From: a virus
Taxonomy: Duplodnaviria > Caudoviricetes
IMG/VR virus record: IMGVR_UViG_3300005758_001789
Coordinates: 1-46,716 of that record
DNA length: 46,716 bases
Strand: one strand, 5' to 3'
The translations under genes and the position numbers were made by a program. Below, piece by piece: positions 18,684 through 28,275 of the stretch (within the stretch, counting starts at the first letter, position 1; each line of letters opens with the position of its first letter). The notes beneath the pieces are model-generated. The model was not told where the DNA came from and searched no databases. It worked only from the letters and a program-made list of their open reading frames with translations.

Positions 18684-19507
18684 AAGTCATAATCGGTAAT
18701 GGAAAAGTATCCAACATCATAAAAGATAAAAATGATGTTATCCTATCTCACAAAGATATAGAGATAGCTAACCCTGAATCTGTTCTCTCTTCATTACAAA
18801 AATTCCCACCAAATACACTGGTAATAAACACCGCGGCAAAAATAAATCTAGAATGGTGTGAATCAAATAAAAACGAAGCAGAACTTGTAAATGTTTATGG
18901 TGCACTAAACATAGCCCACGCTTGTCAAACATTCAACCATCGCATGGTTCATATAAGTAGTGGTTGTATTTTTGATGGTGAAGAAACAGGTAAAGTATAT
19001 ACTGAAGAAGATAAACCTAATCCTGCTTCATGGTATGCATACACAAAAAGCAAAGCTGATCAACTTCTAACTTCGTGTGGTTATGATAAAATTCTAATTG
19101 TTAGACCTAGACAACTTATATCTCCAGTTCCAAATCCAACAAATATGTTGACCAAATTCATGTCAATTGAAGCAGGTGATTTTATAGATTCTCCCAACTC
19201 AATCACCTGCATTGAAGATATGAAAGAAATGATTGATCACCTTATTTCAAAAAGCTGTGTAGGAATCTACAACACTGTTAATGTTGGTTACATTAGTCCT
19301 TATGAAATAGCCGTTAGAATAAGGGAAGAATTCAACCCTCAGATGGTTGTTAATCGTATTTCATATCTTGATTACATCAAAAAATTAAAAGTAAAAAGAG
19401 TAAATACACTTTTGTCTGTTGACAAAATGATATCTACAGGTTATACTCCAAAAACAGCATCTAACGCTTTAGAATGGTGTTTAAAAAATTATGGAAAAAT
19501 AAAATGA
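18680..19507 (+). CDS. NDP-4-keto-6-deoxyglucose 3,5-epimerase/4-reductase-like (RmlD family, NRS/ER type)
   Basis: NLEWCESNK, SSGCIF, EEDKPN, YAYTK (YxxxK), NPTNMLTK, PNSIT, GIYN; start set at ATG 18680 (ATGA overlap). Confidence 0.8.
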   Translation: MKVIIGNGKVSNIIKDKNDVILSHKDIEIANPESVLSSLQKFPPNTLVINTAAKINLEWCESNKNEAELVNVYGALNIAHACQTFNHRMVHISSGCIFDGEETGKVYTEEDKPNPASWYAYTKSKADQLLTSCGYDKILIVRPRQLISPVPNPTNMLTKFMSIEAGDFIDSPNSITCIEDMKEMIDHLISKSCVGIYNTVNVGYISPYEIAVRIREEFNPQMVVNRISYLDYIKKLKVKRVNTLLSVDKMISTGYTPKTASNALEWCLKNYGKIK

Positions 19508-20430
19508 AGGTTATCATTACGGGTGGTGCAGGATTTATTGGAGGTCATGCCGTTCAACATTTCGTTGAGTGCGGAGATGATGTAATTAATATTGATAAAC
19601 TTACGTATGCGGCAAATGTAAGTAGAACAAAAGTGTGTCGGTTTGTTCAATCGGATATTAGAGATGTGTCTAGTTTAGACAGCGTTGTAAAAGATTTCTC
19701 CCCAGATTTTATTATTAATTTTGCAGCTGAAACGCATGTTGACAATTCAATAAAAAATTCAAAAGTTTTTATTGAATCTAATTTAGAAGGGGCCGCGGCA
19801 CTGATGGATGTAAGTGTAAAAAATGGAATTCCTCTTTGTCATATTTCTACAGATGAAGTATACGGTCCTGCTGGAATTCATCCCTTTAATGAATCAGATC
19901 AACTGTGTCCTATGAATCCTTATTCTGCGACAAAAGCCGCAGCTGATTTAATGTTAAAATCATACAGAAATACTCATGGATTAAATTATCTAATTGTTAG
20001 ACCTTCCAACAACTATGGACCAGGACAGCACCAAGAAAAATTTATTCCAAAACTTATAGATTCTATCAGATATAAAAAACTTTTTCCTTTATATGGAACA
20101 GGGAATCAAGAACGTGAATGGACATACGTTACTGATACTGTTAGTGTCATTAGAAAATTGATAATGTCCGCTGAAGTCAAGTGGAATAATGATTCTATCT
20201 ACAATGTTTCTTCAGGTATTTCTCTCAAAAACATTGAAGCCGTTCGTATTATTATAAATGAATATAACAATAAAAATATGACATCTTACAATACCACAGA
20301 CATCATAAATCATGTTGATGATAGACCTGGTCATGATAAGAAGTATTGGATTTCTTCTGATAAGCTTCAAAGGCTGCTGAATTATGAATTCATTAAATTT
20401 AAAGATGGTATTAAATCTTGCGGATTATAA
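19504..20430 (+). CDS. rmlB: dTDP-glucose 4,6-dehydratase
   Basis: TGGAGFIG, DKLTYA, FAAETHVDNSI, ISTDEVYG, PYSATKAAAD, NNYGPGQ, DRPGHD; start set at ATG 19504. Confidence 0.93.
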   Translation: MKVIITGGAGFIGGHAVQHFVECGDDVINIDKLTYAANVSRTKVCRFVQSDIRDVSSLDSVVKDFSPDFIINFAAETHVDNSIKNSKVFIESNLEGAAALMDVSVKNGIPLCHISTDEVYGPAGIHPFNESDQLCPMNPYSATKAAADLMLKSYRNTHGLNYLIVRPSNNYGPGQHQEKFIPKLIDSIRYKKLFPLYGTGNQEREWTYVTDTVSVIRKLIMSAEVKWNNDSIYNVSSGISLKNIEAVRIIINEYNNKNMTSYNTTDIINHVDDRPGHDKKYWISSDKLQRLLNYEFIKFKDGIKSCGL

Positions 20431-20432
20431 AA

Positions 20433-20789
20433 ATGAAAAATATACATGAACCTGTTGGCCAGCTTTTATCTAAACGTTTAGACAAGTACAAAACCAAAAG
20501 TCTCAACAATGAAACATGTACTTTGATATATCAAGAAATTTTTGATTGTTTTGTTGATTTATTTCAAGAATCTAAAATTGAAATTTCAAACGAATCTATG
20601 AATTTGTTGTCACAAATGTACTACGATGCCATCAAGATAAACTCAAATCAAGAATTGAATCCTAACATTTTTGAAAAAAGAGCTAACCTAAAAAATATAG
20701 AAACGAAAGAATTAGCTTTACTTGTTACAATGTTAAACGGAACTCCTTTCGCCGATCCTATGATGTATGAAATAAAAAGAAGATCATGA
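20433..20789 (+). CDS. hypothetical protein
   Basis: 118 aa helical-looking ORF, coupled to the next gene by ATGA. Confidence 0.6.
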   Translation: MKNIHEPVGQLLSKRLDKYKTKSLNNETCTLIYQEIFDCFVDLFQESKIEISNESMNLLSQMYYDAIKINSNQELNPNIFEKRANLKNIETKELALLVTMLNGTPFADPMMYEIKRRS

Positions 20790-21520
20790 TTATGTCAAAT
20801 GATATAAAGATATGTGTCGTCATTAGCAACTATAATCATTCTCAATATTTGAATGATTCAATAAAAAGCATAACAGATCAAACATATGAAAATATGGATA
20901 TTGTTGTTGTTGATGATGGATCGACAAATAAGTCTAATGTAGAAGAAATTATTTCTTTATATCAATCTGATAGAAGGTTAAGATATATTTCTTATCCTAA
21001 GAATATGGGAAAGTGGCATGCTTTGAATACCGCTATAGCTTCAACTGATGCGCAGGTTGTTACATCACATGATGCTGATGATATTTCTTTATCATGGAGA
21101 ATAGAAGCACAGCTAGAGACATTACTTCAAACAAAGACAGGACACAATCTGTGTGGATTTATTTCTTGTTGGAATGATGATGATATCAAAAAAAACAAAA
21201 GCATACAAAAACCATTGCAGATGAGCGTGTATTCAGGTGAAGACATCGTAAAAAACGTTATCAAAGGGTTTGACACGCCTGGTATCAATCATTACTTTAC
21301 AGGTAATTTTGAAACCGCTGGAGTCAGCGCAATGTTCTACAAAAGGTTTTGGAATTTAGGATGCAGGTTTTTACCATCAGGTCAAAATCTTAGAACACTC
21401 ATGAGTGAAGATTCTGATTTTAACTTTAGAATGACAACATTTTTTAGGTCAACTTCTATTCTTCTTGAAAAACCTTATCTTTACAGAAGAAATACCAGCA
21501 CGAACAAAGAGGAAAGATGA
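20786..21520 (+). CDS. glycosyltransferase family 2
   Basis: VVISNYNHSQYL, IVVVDDGST, HDADD, SEDSDF. Confidence 0.9.
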   Translation: MIMSNDIKICVVISNYNHSQYLNDSIKSITDQTYENMDIVVVDDGSTNKSNVEEIISLYQSDRRLRYISYPKNMGKWHALNTAIASTDAQVVTSHDADDISLSWRIEAQLETLLQTKTGHNLCGFISCWNDDDIKKNKSIQKPLQMSVYSGEDIVKNVIKGFDTPGINHYFTGNFETAGVSAMFYKRFWNLGCRFLPSGQNLRTLMSEDSDFNFRMTTFFRSTSILLEKPYLYRRNTSTNKEER

Positions 21521-22260
21521 CGCAGTTTAAATTAGTAGTACCTGCATACAATTGTGAAGCTTGGATAATGAAATCTCTGGCTTCCATTAAAAACCAGATA
21601 CACAAAGATTATCAATGCATCGTCTATGATGATGCCAGTACTGATAACACTGGTTTATTGATAGATGATTTTATGAAAAAACATGGTGATGAAAGATTTA
21701 CTGTTGTTCATAATGATATCAATAAAAAAGCACTTCATAACATAACAGAAGGTTTTAAAAAATTAAATTCTAAAGATGAAACGGAATCAGCGTTGGCCGT
21801 TATAGATGGTGATGATTATTTGTTTTGTGAATACTCTCTTAAGCTAGTTGATCAAGTCTATTCAAAAACAGATTCTATGTTAACATACGGTAGCTTTGTC
21901 ATGTGGCCGACAGGAGAACTTTCTTTTGATCGTTCGTTTCCTCAGGAAGTAATAAAGAATAATTCTTATAGAAATTATAAATTCGTGTCTAGCCATTTGA
22001 GAACATTCAAAAGTTATTTATGGAATTCTATAAATGATGAAGATCTACGAGATACTGATGGAGAATATTTTAAAGTAGGTTGGGATGTTGCATTTATGAT
22101 ACCAATGCTTGAGATGACTGGTGGGAAATTTACATATATTCCCAACATTTTATATGTTTATAATAGATGGAACCCGATAAGCGATGATGTTATCAATTCT
22201 CAAAACCAAATGAGAGTTGATCAATCAATAAGGACAAAAAAGCCTTATCAAAAATTATGA
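21517..22260 (+). CDS. glycosyltransferase family 2
   Basis: VVPAYN, YDDASTD, IDGDD, SHLRTF, LYVYN. Confidence 0.9.
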   Translation: MTQFKLVVPAYNCEAWIMKSLASIKNQIHKDYQCIVYDDASTDNTGLLIDDFMKKHGDERFTVVHNDINKKALHNITEGFKKLNSKDETESALAVIDGDDYLFCEYSLKLVDQVYSKTDSMLTYGSFVMWPTGELSFDRSFPQEVIKNNSYRNYKFVSSHLRTFKSYLWNSINDEDLRDTDGEYFKVGWDVAFMIPMLEMTGGKFTYIPNILYVYNRWNPISDDVINSQNQMRVDQSIRTKKPYQKL

Positions 22261-23021
22261 GCAGCTACAGCTTTTCTATGCTAGGAAATTATGGTCGACT
22301 TGGAAATCAAATGTTTCAAGTCGCCGCGATCGCCAATTTAGCAAGAATAAAAAATTCAAATATTCTTTTACCAACAGCTGAAACAGCATGCATTAGAAAA
22401 TATTTTAAAATACCTTGTATTGATTTAGATTCAGAAAATATTAAAAAAATTAATGCAAGATGGGAAGAAAAAAGTTTTTCTTATAACGAAATTTTTTTTA
22501 AATTGCCTATAAACATTGACATACTAGGTTATTTCCAATCATGGAAATACATTCTAGATGAAGAATATACAAGAAAAATTTTTCAATTTTCTGATGAAGT
22601 TCTAGAGCAATCTAATAAAATTATAAATAAGAATAATTCTATTGCTTTGCATATCAGACGGACAGATTATTTAAAATTTCCTGATACTCATCCTGTACAA
22701 AGTGTTGAGTATTATCAAAATGCTTTGCAAAAAATTTGGAAAGAAGATAATAAATCTGAACCTATTATTTTTACAGATGACAAAGAATGGTGTGTATCAA
22801 ACTTCAATAACTATCAAATAGTTTCTCAAAAAGAAGAAGTAGACATGTGTGCAATGTCTATGTGTAAACATCATATTATAGCCAACAGTAGTTTTAGTTG
22901 GTGGGCTGCATGGCTAGGAAAATCAAAAAATCAAATTGTTATTGCTCCTAAAAATTGGTTCGGTATAAAAGGCCCACAAGATACGCAGGATTTATTATGT
23001 AACGAATGGATCACGTTGTAA
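22257..23021 (+). CDS. alpha-1,2-fucosyltransferase-like (GT11)
   Basis: GRLGNQMFQ, GYFQS, LHIRRTDY, FTDD..W, HHIIANSSFSWWAAWL, APKNWF. Confidence 0.9.
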   Translation: MSSYSFSMLGNYGRLGNQMFQVAAIANLARIKNSNILLPTAETACIRKYFKIPCIDLDSENIKKINARWEEKSFSYNEIFFKLPINIDILGYFQSWKYILDEEYTRKIFQFSDEVLEQSNKIINKNNSIALHIRRTDYLKFPDTHPVQSVEYYQNALQKIWKEDNKSEPIIFTDDKEWCVSNFNNYQIVSQKEEVDMCAMSMCKHHIIANSSFSWWAAWLGKSKNQIVIAPKNWFGIKGPQDTQDLLCNEWITL

Positions 23022-23830
23022 TGCATCAAATTAATATTTTTGATATAGATTTTGCGCACGCTACAAGTTCTGTCCACGGTAAAACGCCTAAAAAATTTGA
23101 ATATATAAGAAACCAACTTGACTGGAAGGGTATATCAGTTTTTACGAATGATATGATTTTTTCCAGAGTTGTCGATGCTTCAAAAGCAAAATATAAGATA
23201 GCTTGGTTATTAGAACCTAAATCAATAAAACCAAATATTTACGACTTTGTTGAAAGAGTCGAACACAAATTTGACTATATTCTCACACATGATGATTCTT
23301 TGTTAAAGAAATCAAACAAATATATTTTTGCTCCTGTAGGAGGTTGCTGGATAAATGATGATTTTCATCATGATAAAAAAACAAAGTTGATTAGCATAAT
23401 AGCTTCAGATAAAACCATCACAGACGGTCATAAACTTCGTCATGAAGTTATTCAACTTTTTGGAGATAAGATGGACATATTTGGAAGAGGATATAATCCT
23501 ATAAAAAATAAAGAAGAAGGTTTATCTGAATATCAATTTTCAATATGCATTGAAAATTGCTCTACAAAAAACTACTTTACAGAAAAGCTAATAGATTGTT
23601 TTGCTACAAAAACAATCCCAATTTATTGGGGCTGCACTAATATTGAAAAATTTTTTGATAAAAGTTCTTTTTTGCAATTTGATCGTCTAGATGATTTAAA
23701 ACAAATCATCGATAACATAGAAAATATTTCAATAGAAAAAAAGCTAATACACAAAAACTACGATCTATCAAAAAGTTATTGGATTACTGAAGATTGGATT
23801 TTTGAAAACTTTTTTGTCGACCTATTGTAA
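23021..23830 (+). CDS. alpha-1,3/4-fucosyltransferase-like (GT10)
   Basis: YQFSICIENCSTKNYFTEKLIDCFATKTIPIYWG is the GT10 motif; start set at ATG 23021 (TAATG overlap). Confidence 0.85.
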   Translation: MHQINIFDIDFAHATSSVHGKTPKKFEYIRNQLDWKGISVFTNDMIFSRVVDASKAKYKIAWLLEPKSIKPNIYDFVERVEHKFDYILTHDDSLLKKSNKYIFAPVGGCWINDDFHHDKKTKLISIIASDKTITDGHKLRHEVIQLFGDKMDIFGRGYNPIKNKEEGLSEYQFSICIENCSTKNYFTEKLIDCFATKTIPIYWGCTNIEKFFDKSSFLQFDRLDDLKQIIDNIENISIEKKLIHKNYDLSKSYWITEDWIFENFFVDLL

Positions 23831-23840
23831 TATTGTTCTC

Positions 23841-24446
23841 ATGAAAGAAATAGAAAAATGGGTTAGAGACCAAGGCGATAAAACGCATAGGGTCAACTAT
23901 CCTCTAAATAGTGAATCAATCGTTATAGATGTAGGTGCTTATCAAGGTAAGTTTATAGATTCAATCTATCAAAAGTATCAATGCAATATTTATGCATTTG
24001 AACCTGTAAAGAATTTTATTCAGATTCTTAATTCAACATGGTATCAAAACGAAAAAGTAAAAATATACGACTATGCATTGGGCTCAATCAATGAATTAAT
24101 TGACATTTGTTTAGCGGGAGACGCATCCAGCACTCATGTTTTCAATAATTCAATTACAGAGAAAATTAGAATTAGAAAAATTGATGAAGTTTTAGAAGAA
24201 TTGCAGATTAATTCTGCGGATCTAATAAAGATTAATATTGAAGGTGAAGAATATCCACTTCTTGACTACTGTTTAGAACAAGGAATTATTGAGAAATTTA
24301 AAAATATTCAAGTACAATTTCATGACTTTGTTCCTAATGCAGTTGAAAAAAGAAATTCAATAAGACAGAGATTGTCTAAAACTCACGAATTGACGTATGA
24401 TTATGAATTCATATGGGAAAATTGGAAATTGAAAGGTATAAAATGA
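23841..24446 (+). CDS. FkbM-family methyltransferase
   Basis: VIDVGAYQG, YAFEPV, DLIKINIEGEEY, IQVQFH. Confidence 0.88.
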   Translation: MKEIEKWVRDQGDKTHRVNYPLNSESIVIDVGAYQGKFIDSIYQKYQCNIYAFEPVKNFIQILNSTWYQNEKVKIYDYALGSINELIDICLAGDASSTHVFNNSITEKIRIRKIDEVLEELQINSADLIKINIEGEEYPLLDYCLEQGIIEKFKNIQVQFHDFVPNAVEKRNSIRQRLSKTHELTYDYEFIWENWKLKGIK

Positions 24447-25036
24447 TACATACGATAGGAGATAGCCATTGCGGAGGAGTTACTGGTAAACCAAAAGAAG
24501 AACAAGCTTTTGCGCAGATAGACAATGTTATACCTCATTGGCTTGGACCAAAATTAATGTTCTCTATTGGAAGAGATGGATTGGATATATCTAAATTTTC
24601 AATAAATGATAATGACACTGTCATTTTTTGTTTTGGAGAAATTGATTGCAGATGTCACGTTCATAAATATAAAGAAAATTATGTTGAAGTTATTAACAAT
24701 ATTGTAGATAAATTTTTTATTACAATCAATCGCATTCAACAACAACGACCACAAATAAAAATTTGTGTATACAATGTTTTACCACCGGTAAAAAAAGGTA
24801 CAGTTCCTGAAAATCCTGACTACCCTTATTTAGGTACGGATGAAGAAAGAAAAAAATATACTCAATATATGAATCAAAAAATTAAAGAATTATGTGCTAA
24901 ACACAATTTTATATTTTTTGATGTATACAATGGTTATTGTTGTGAAAATGGATTCCTTAAGACAGAACTAAGTGACAATAACGTTCATATTAGTGATGCA
25001 ACACATGTCAGAAATTTTATTAAAGAAAATTTATGA
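24443..25036 (+). CDS. SGNH/GDSL-family esterase or acyltransferase
   Basis: IGDSH nucleophile block, FGEIDCR, C-terminal DNNVH. Confidence 0.75.
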   Translation: MIHTIGDSHCGGVTGKPKEEQAFAQIDNVIPHWLGPKLMFSIGRDGLDISKFSINDNDTVIFCFGEIDCRCHVHKYKENYVEVINNIVDKFFITINRIQQQRPQIKICVYNVLPPVKKGTVPENPDYPYLGTDEERKKYTQYMNQKIKELCAKHNFIFFDVYNGYCCENGFLKTELSDNNVHISDATHVRNFIKENL

Positions 25037-25818
25037 AATTAAACATTGAGGATATTGAAGATACGTCTAAAGGAAAAATTGGTTTATTGTTAGCACATGG
25101 ACCAACATTATCTAATGATATTAAAAGAATACATGAAGTTTCTAAAGATAAAAACAAATTTACTTTATTCACGACAGGTGATACTTGCGTTTTAGAAAAT
25201 GCAGGATATAATTTTGATTTAGATTATTGGTGTATAGCAAATCCAACATTTAGAATTCAAAATGAATATCATAAAATTAACAAATATACGAATGTCAAAT
25301 TTGTATACGCAGATACGATGGATAAAACAAAAAACGTAGATCAAATTCTAAAAGTTGATTATGTGCCATTTGATCAAAGACATTTTGGTGGAAAGCCTTG
25401 TACAGAAAATTGGAAAAATGGTGATGTTGTAAAAATACATAATGATTATTATTTTTGCTGTCACCATGAAAATCATGATTATTTTTCAAGAAAAACAATC
25501 CAAGAATACGTTAGAGACAAGTGCAAGTCTAAAGAAAGATGTACGACAGGAGACACCAGTGCATTACACATGCTGAGCACAGCAATTATCACAGGCTGTA
25601 CAGAAATTTATGTTTTTGGTGTGGATCTAAACTATAACCTTGGGTATGTTGATAAACAAACACAGAATTCAGACACATTTGATCCGTGGATACCAAGAAT
25701 TGTTGATGATTTTAGAATACTAACTCAAAGCGCTAAGAACATTGGAATAAATGTTTTTAATGTTAGCGATATATCGCCAATAAAAAGTGTTGTACCAACC
25801 AAAAGATTTGACATGTAA
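25033..25818 (+). CDS. Maf/DUF115-like protein, putative CMP-ulosonate transferase
   Basis: LLLAHGPTL (GxGPSL-like) and TGCTEIYVFGVDLNY (G.keIyl.G.D), the motif pair of Maf/GT42-like sialyltransferase folds. Confidence 0.6.
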   Translation: MKLNIEDIEDTSKGKIGLLLAHGPTLSNDIKRIHEVSKDKNKFTLFTTGDTCVLENAGYNFDLDYWCIANPTFRIQNEYHKINKYTNVKFVYADTMDKTKNVDQILKVDYVPFDQRHFGGKPCTENWKNGDVVKIHNDYYFCCHHENHDYFSRKTIQEYVRDKCKSKERCTTGDTSALHMLSTAIITGCTEIYVFGVDLNYNLGYVDKQTQNSDTFDPWIPRIVDDFRILTQSAKNIGINVFNVSDISPIKSVVPTKRFDM

Positions 25819-25819
25819 T

Positions 25820-26731
25820 ATGACAGTTTCTATTTTCATCAACAGTGCCGGTCCAAATGTAATAGAAGAAAATATTTTTGACACTTTATCTTCTTTTAAA
25901 CAAGATAGTTGCTTTAAAGAATTTTACTTTTATTATGTTGTAGATACTCAAAGCAATTATCAAAAAGTAAAAAATGCACTTGATAAGTTGAGATTTTCTA
26001 ACAGTATAGATGTAAAAATTGATAATTCTTCATGGGCAAATTGTTATAATAAATTTTATGATGAATATGGTAAAAAGTCTGATTACATTATTCTTAGCCA
26101 TGATGATTTGAAAATAGAGGCTAAAGATTTTTATCAAAAAACAAAAAAAATTATAGAAAATTCTATTGAAAACATTGGTTGGGTTACATTTACTAATACA
26201 GGTTATTACAAACAGTTCAATATTCCACTTTCAAATTCAGTAAGAGAAGGATTCTGTATCGATAGAAATAACAAATACTTATTTGAATGTCATAAATTTT
26301 CTAATAATGAACTGTTCTCTGAACACAAATTAGCTTTACCAAGCAAACCTGTTAAGTGTCATGCTCCATTTACTCATCTGGTGCTTTTTAAGCCAAGTGT
26401 ATTAGGAAAATTGGCATATTGTGAAGATTGGTCTCCGTATACTCTCTTGATAGATGAAGACTGGGGATTATCCTCACTCATGAACAACTTCACAAATGTA
26501 TGGATACCTGAAATATCTTACATACATCCTTTAAGATATTCCGAAAGATCAATAAAAGATATCAGATATTCGAGCTCAGTTCATGAAAAGTTTCTTAAAA
26601 AGTGGGATTGGAACTTTTCTTTTGGCGGCTATAGCGATGACTATATAAACAACATCAAGAAAAATTTTTCACAAACAAATCTGTGTATGTCAATTGGAAA
26701 ATTTTCTTATGATTGGCAATACATCAAATAA
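25820..26731 (+). CDS. GT-A fold glycosyltransferase-like protein
   Basis: DYIILSHDD, IDEDWGL, YIHP; start set at ATG 25820. Confidence 0.6.
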   Translation: MTVSIFINSAGPNVIEENIFDTLSSFKQDSCFKEFYFYYVVDTQSNYQKVKNALDKLRFSNSIDVKIDNSSWANCYNKFYDEYGKKSDYIILSHDDLKIEAKDFYQKTKKIIENSIENIGWVTFTNTGYYKQFNIPLSNSVREGFCIDRNNKYLFECHKFSNNELFSEHKLALPSKPVKCHAPFTHLVLFKPSVLGKLAYCEDWSPYTLLIDEDWGLSSLMNNFTNVWIPEISYIHPLRYSERSIKDIRYSSSVHEKFLKKWDWNFSFGGYSDDYINNIKKNFSQTNLCMSIGKFSYDWQYIK

Positions 26732-26755
26732 TTTTTCTTTAGAATTACTTTTAAA

Positions 26756-27592
26756 ATGTATTCTGAAGAACTCATTATAAAAAATGACATAAACACCATC
26801 TCTCTTATTTTAAAAGAAAAATTCAAAGAATTTAAAATACCTTTTTATCATGTCAGCCATGCTGATGTAGAAAATTTTATATCTGATAAACCTTATGTTC
26901 TATGGATCTTAGGAAACGAAGAACATAAAAATTTTGACTTTAAATTTAAAGACGAAAATTGTAAAGCTATTATAAAACCTTATCCATACATCAAAGATTA
27001 TAATCCTGTTACTCCTCCTTATTTTTATGACGATAATACAAAAAAAGTATTTATCAAAGTTGAAAAAGAAGATGAAAGAGTTTTAAATATACCTTTAGGG
27101 CAAACCAAAAATTTCATACTTCAAAAAGAAGTACAAAGAGATATACCTGTTGGTTTTTATGGGCAAAGATCAGGAATTAGAAATGCAATTCTTCCTCAAA
27201 TACCTTTTATAAAAGGCTTTACTTATGAAAAATTTGGAATAAGTAGAGAAGCAAATGAATACATCAATTTTTTGAGCAGATGTGATGTATCTTTTTGTCC
27301 AACAGGTCAAAGTCCAGAAACATATAGACTATACGAAAGTGCCCTTATGAAATGCGCACTTCTTGGCACTTCTTTACCGTATACTGAATATTACAAAGAC
27401 TGTCCAATTTATACTTTGCCTTGGCAAGAATTTAATTCAAAAAACAAAGAATTGATTTTTAATATTGTAGAATTTATTCTTGTGAACAAAGATAAACTTC
27501 AATTAGAAGCTTACAAATGGTCATCTAAATGGACAGATACAAATTTTATATGTCATTTGATTCTTAGCCACCTTAATAAGCTAAGTATTTGA
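26756..27592 (+). CDS. exostosin/GT47-like glycosyltransferase
   Basis: EYINFLSRCDVSFCPTGQSPETYRLYESALMKC resembles the exostosin motif (S.FCLCP.G...S.RLYEAL..GC). Confidence 0.65.
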   Translation: MYSEELIIKNDINTISLILKEKFKEFKIPFYHVSHADVENFISDKPYVLWILGNEEHKNFDFKFKDENCKAIIKPYPYIKDYNPVTPPYFYDDNTKKVFIKVEKEDERVLNIPLGQTKNFILQKEVQRDIPVGFYGQRSGIRNAILPQIPFIKGFTYEKFGISREANEYINFLSRCDVSFCPTGQSPETYRLYESALMKCALLGTSLPYTEYYKDCPIYTLPWQEFNSKNKELIFNIVEFILVNKDKLQLEAYKWSSKWTDTNFICHLILSHLNKLSI

Positions 27593-27594
27593 TT

Positions 27595-28275
27595 ATGAAA
27601 ATAATATGTTGTATTCCTGCTCGTGGAGGCAGCAAAGGAATTCCTAAAAAAAATATAATGAATTTTCTAGGAAAACCGTTGCTTGCATATTCTATTGAAA
27701 ACGCTCTTAAATCAAAACATCATATCGATGTTTATGTAAGTTCTGATTGTGATGAAATTCTCTCTGTTGCTAACCAGTATGGAGCGAAATCTATAAAAAG
27801 ACCTGCAGAGATATCAGGAGATTTAGATTCTTCAGAATCTGCACTTCTTCATGCAATAAACGAATTAGAACTTACCAATATTGATTTTGATATTTGTCTG
27901 TTTTTGCAAGCAACTTCTCCGCTAAGAGAACCAATAGATATTGATAACGCAATTGACAAATTATTAAAAGAAAATTTAGATTCAGTTTTCTCAGGGTCAA
28001 TATTGGAAGATTTTTTGATTTGGGAATTGAATGATGGAATACTTTCTAGCGTAAATTATGATTTTATGCAAAGAAAAAGAAGACAAGACAAAAAACATCA
28101 GTTTGTAGAAAATGGTTCAGTTTATGTTTTTAAAAAAGAAACATTCAAAAAAGCAAAAAATAGAATTCATGGAAAATTTTCTATATCTTTGATGCAAAAC
28201 TGGAAAAATTTTGAAATTGATTCGATAGAAGATCATGAAGTCTGTGAAATGATTTACAAAACAAAACTAAAATGA
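27595..28275 (+). CDS. neuA: acylneuraminate cytidylyltransferase (CMP-ulosonate synthetase)
   Basis: IPARGGSKGIPKKNI, GKPLL, VSSD, RPAEISGD, LQATSPLR, ENGSVY, EIDSIED. Confidence 0.92.
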   Translation: MKIICCIPARGGSKGIPKKNIMNFLGKPLLAYSIENALKSKHHIDVYVSSDCDEILSVANQYGAKSIKRPAEISGDLDSSESALLHAINELELTNIDFDICLFLQATSPLREPIDIDNAIDKLLKENLDSVFSGSILEDFLIWELNDGILSSVNYDFMQRKRRQDKKHQFVENGSVYVFKKETFKKAKNRIHGKFSISLMQNWKNFEIDSIEDHEVCEMIYKTKLK

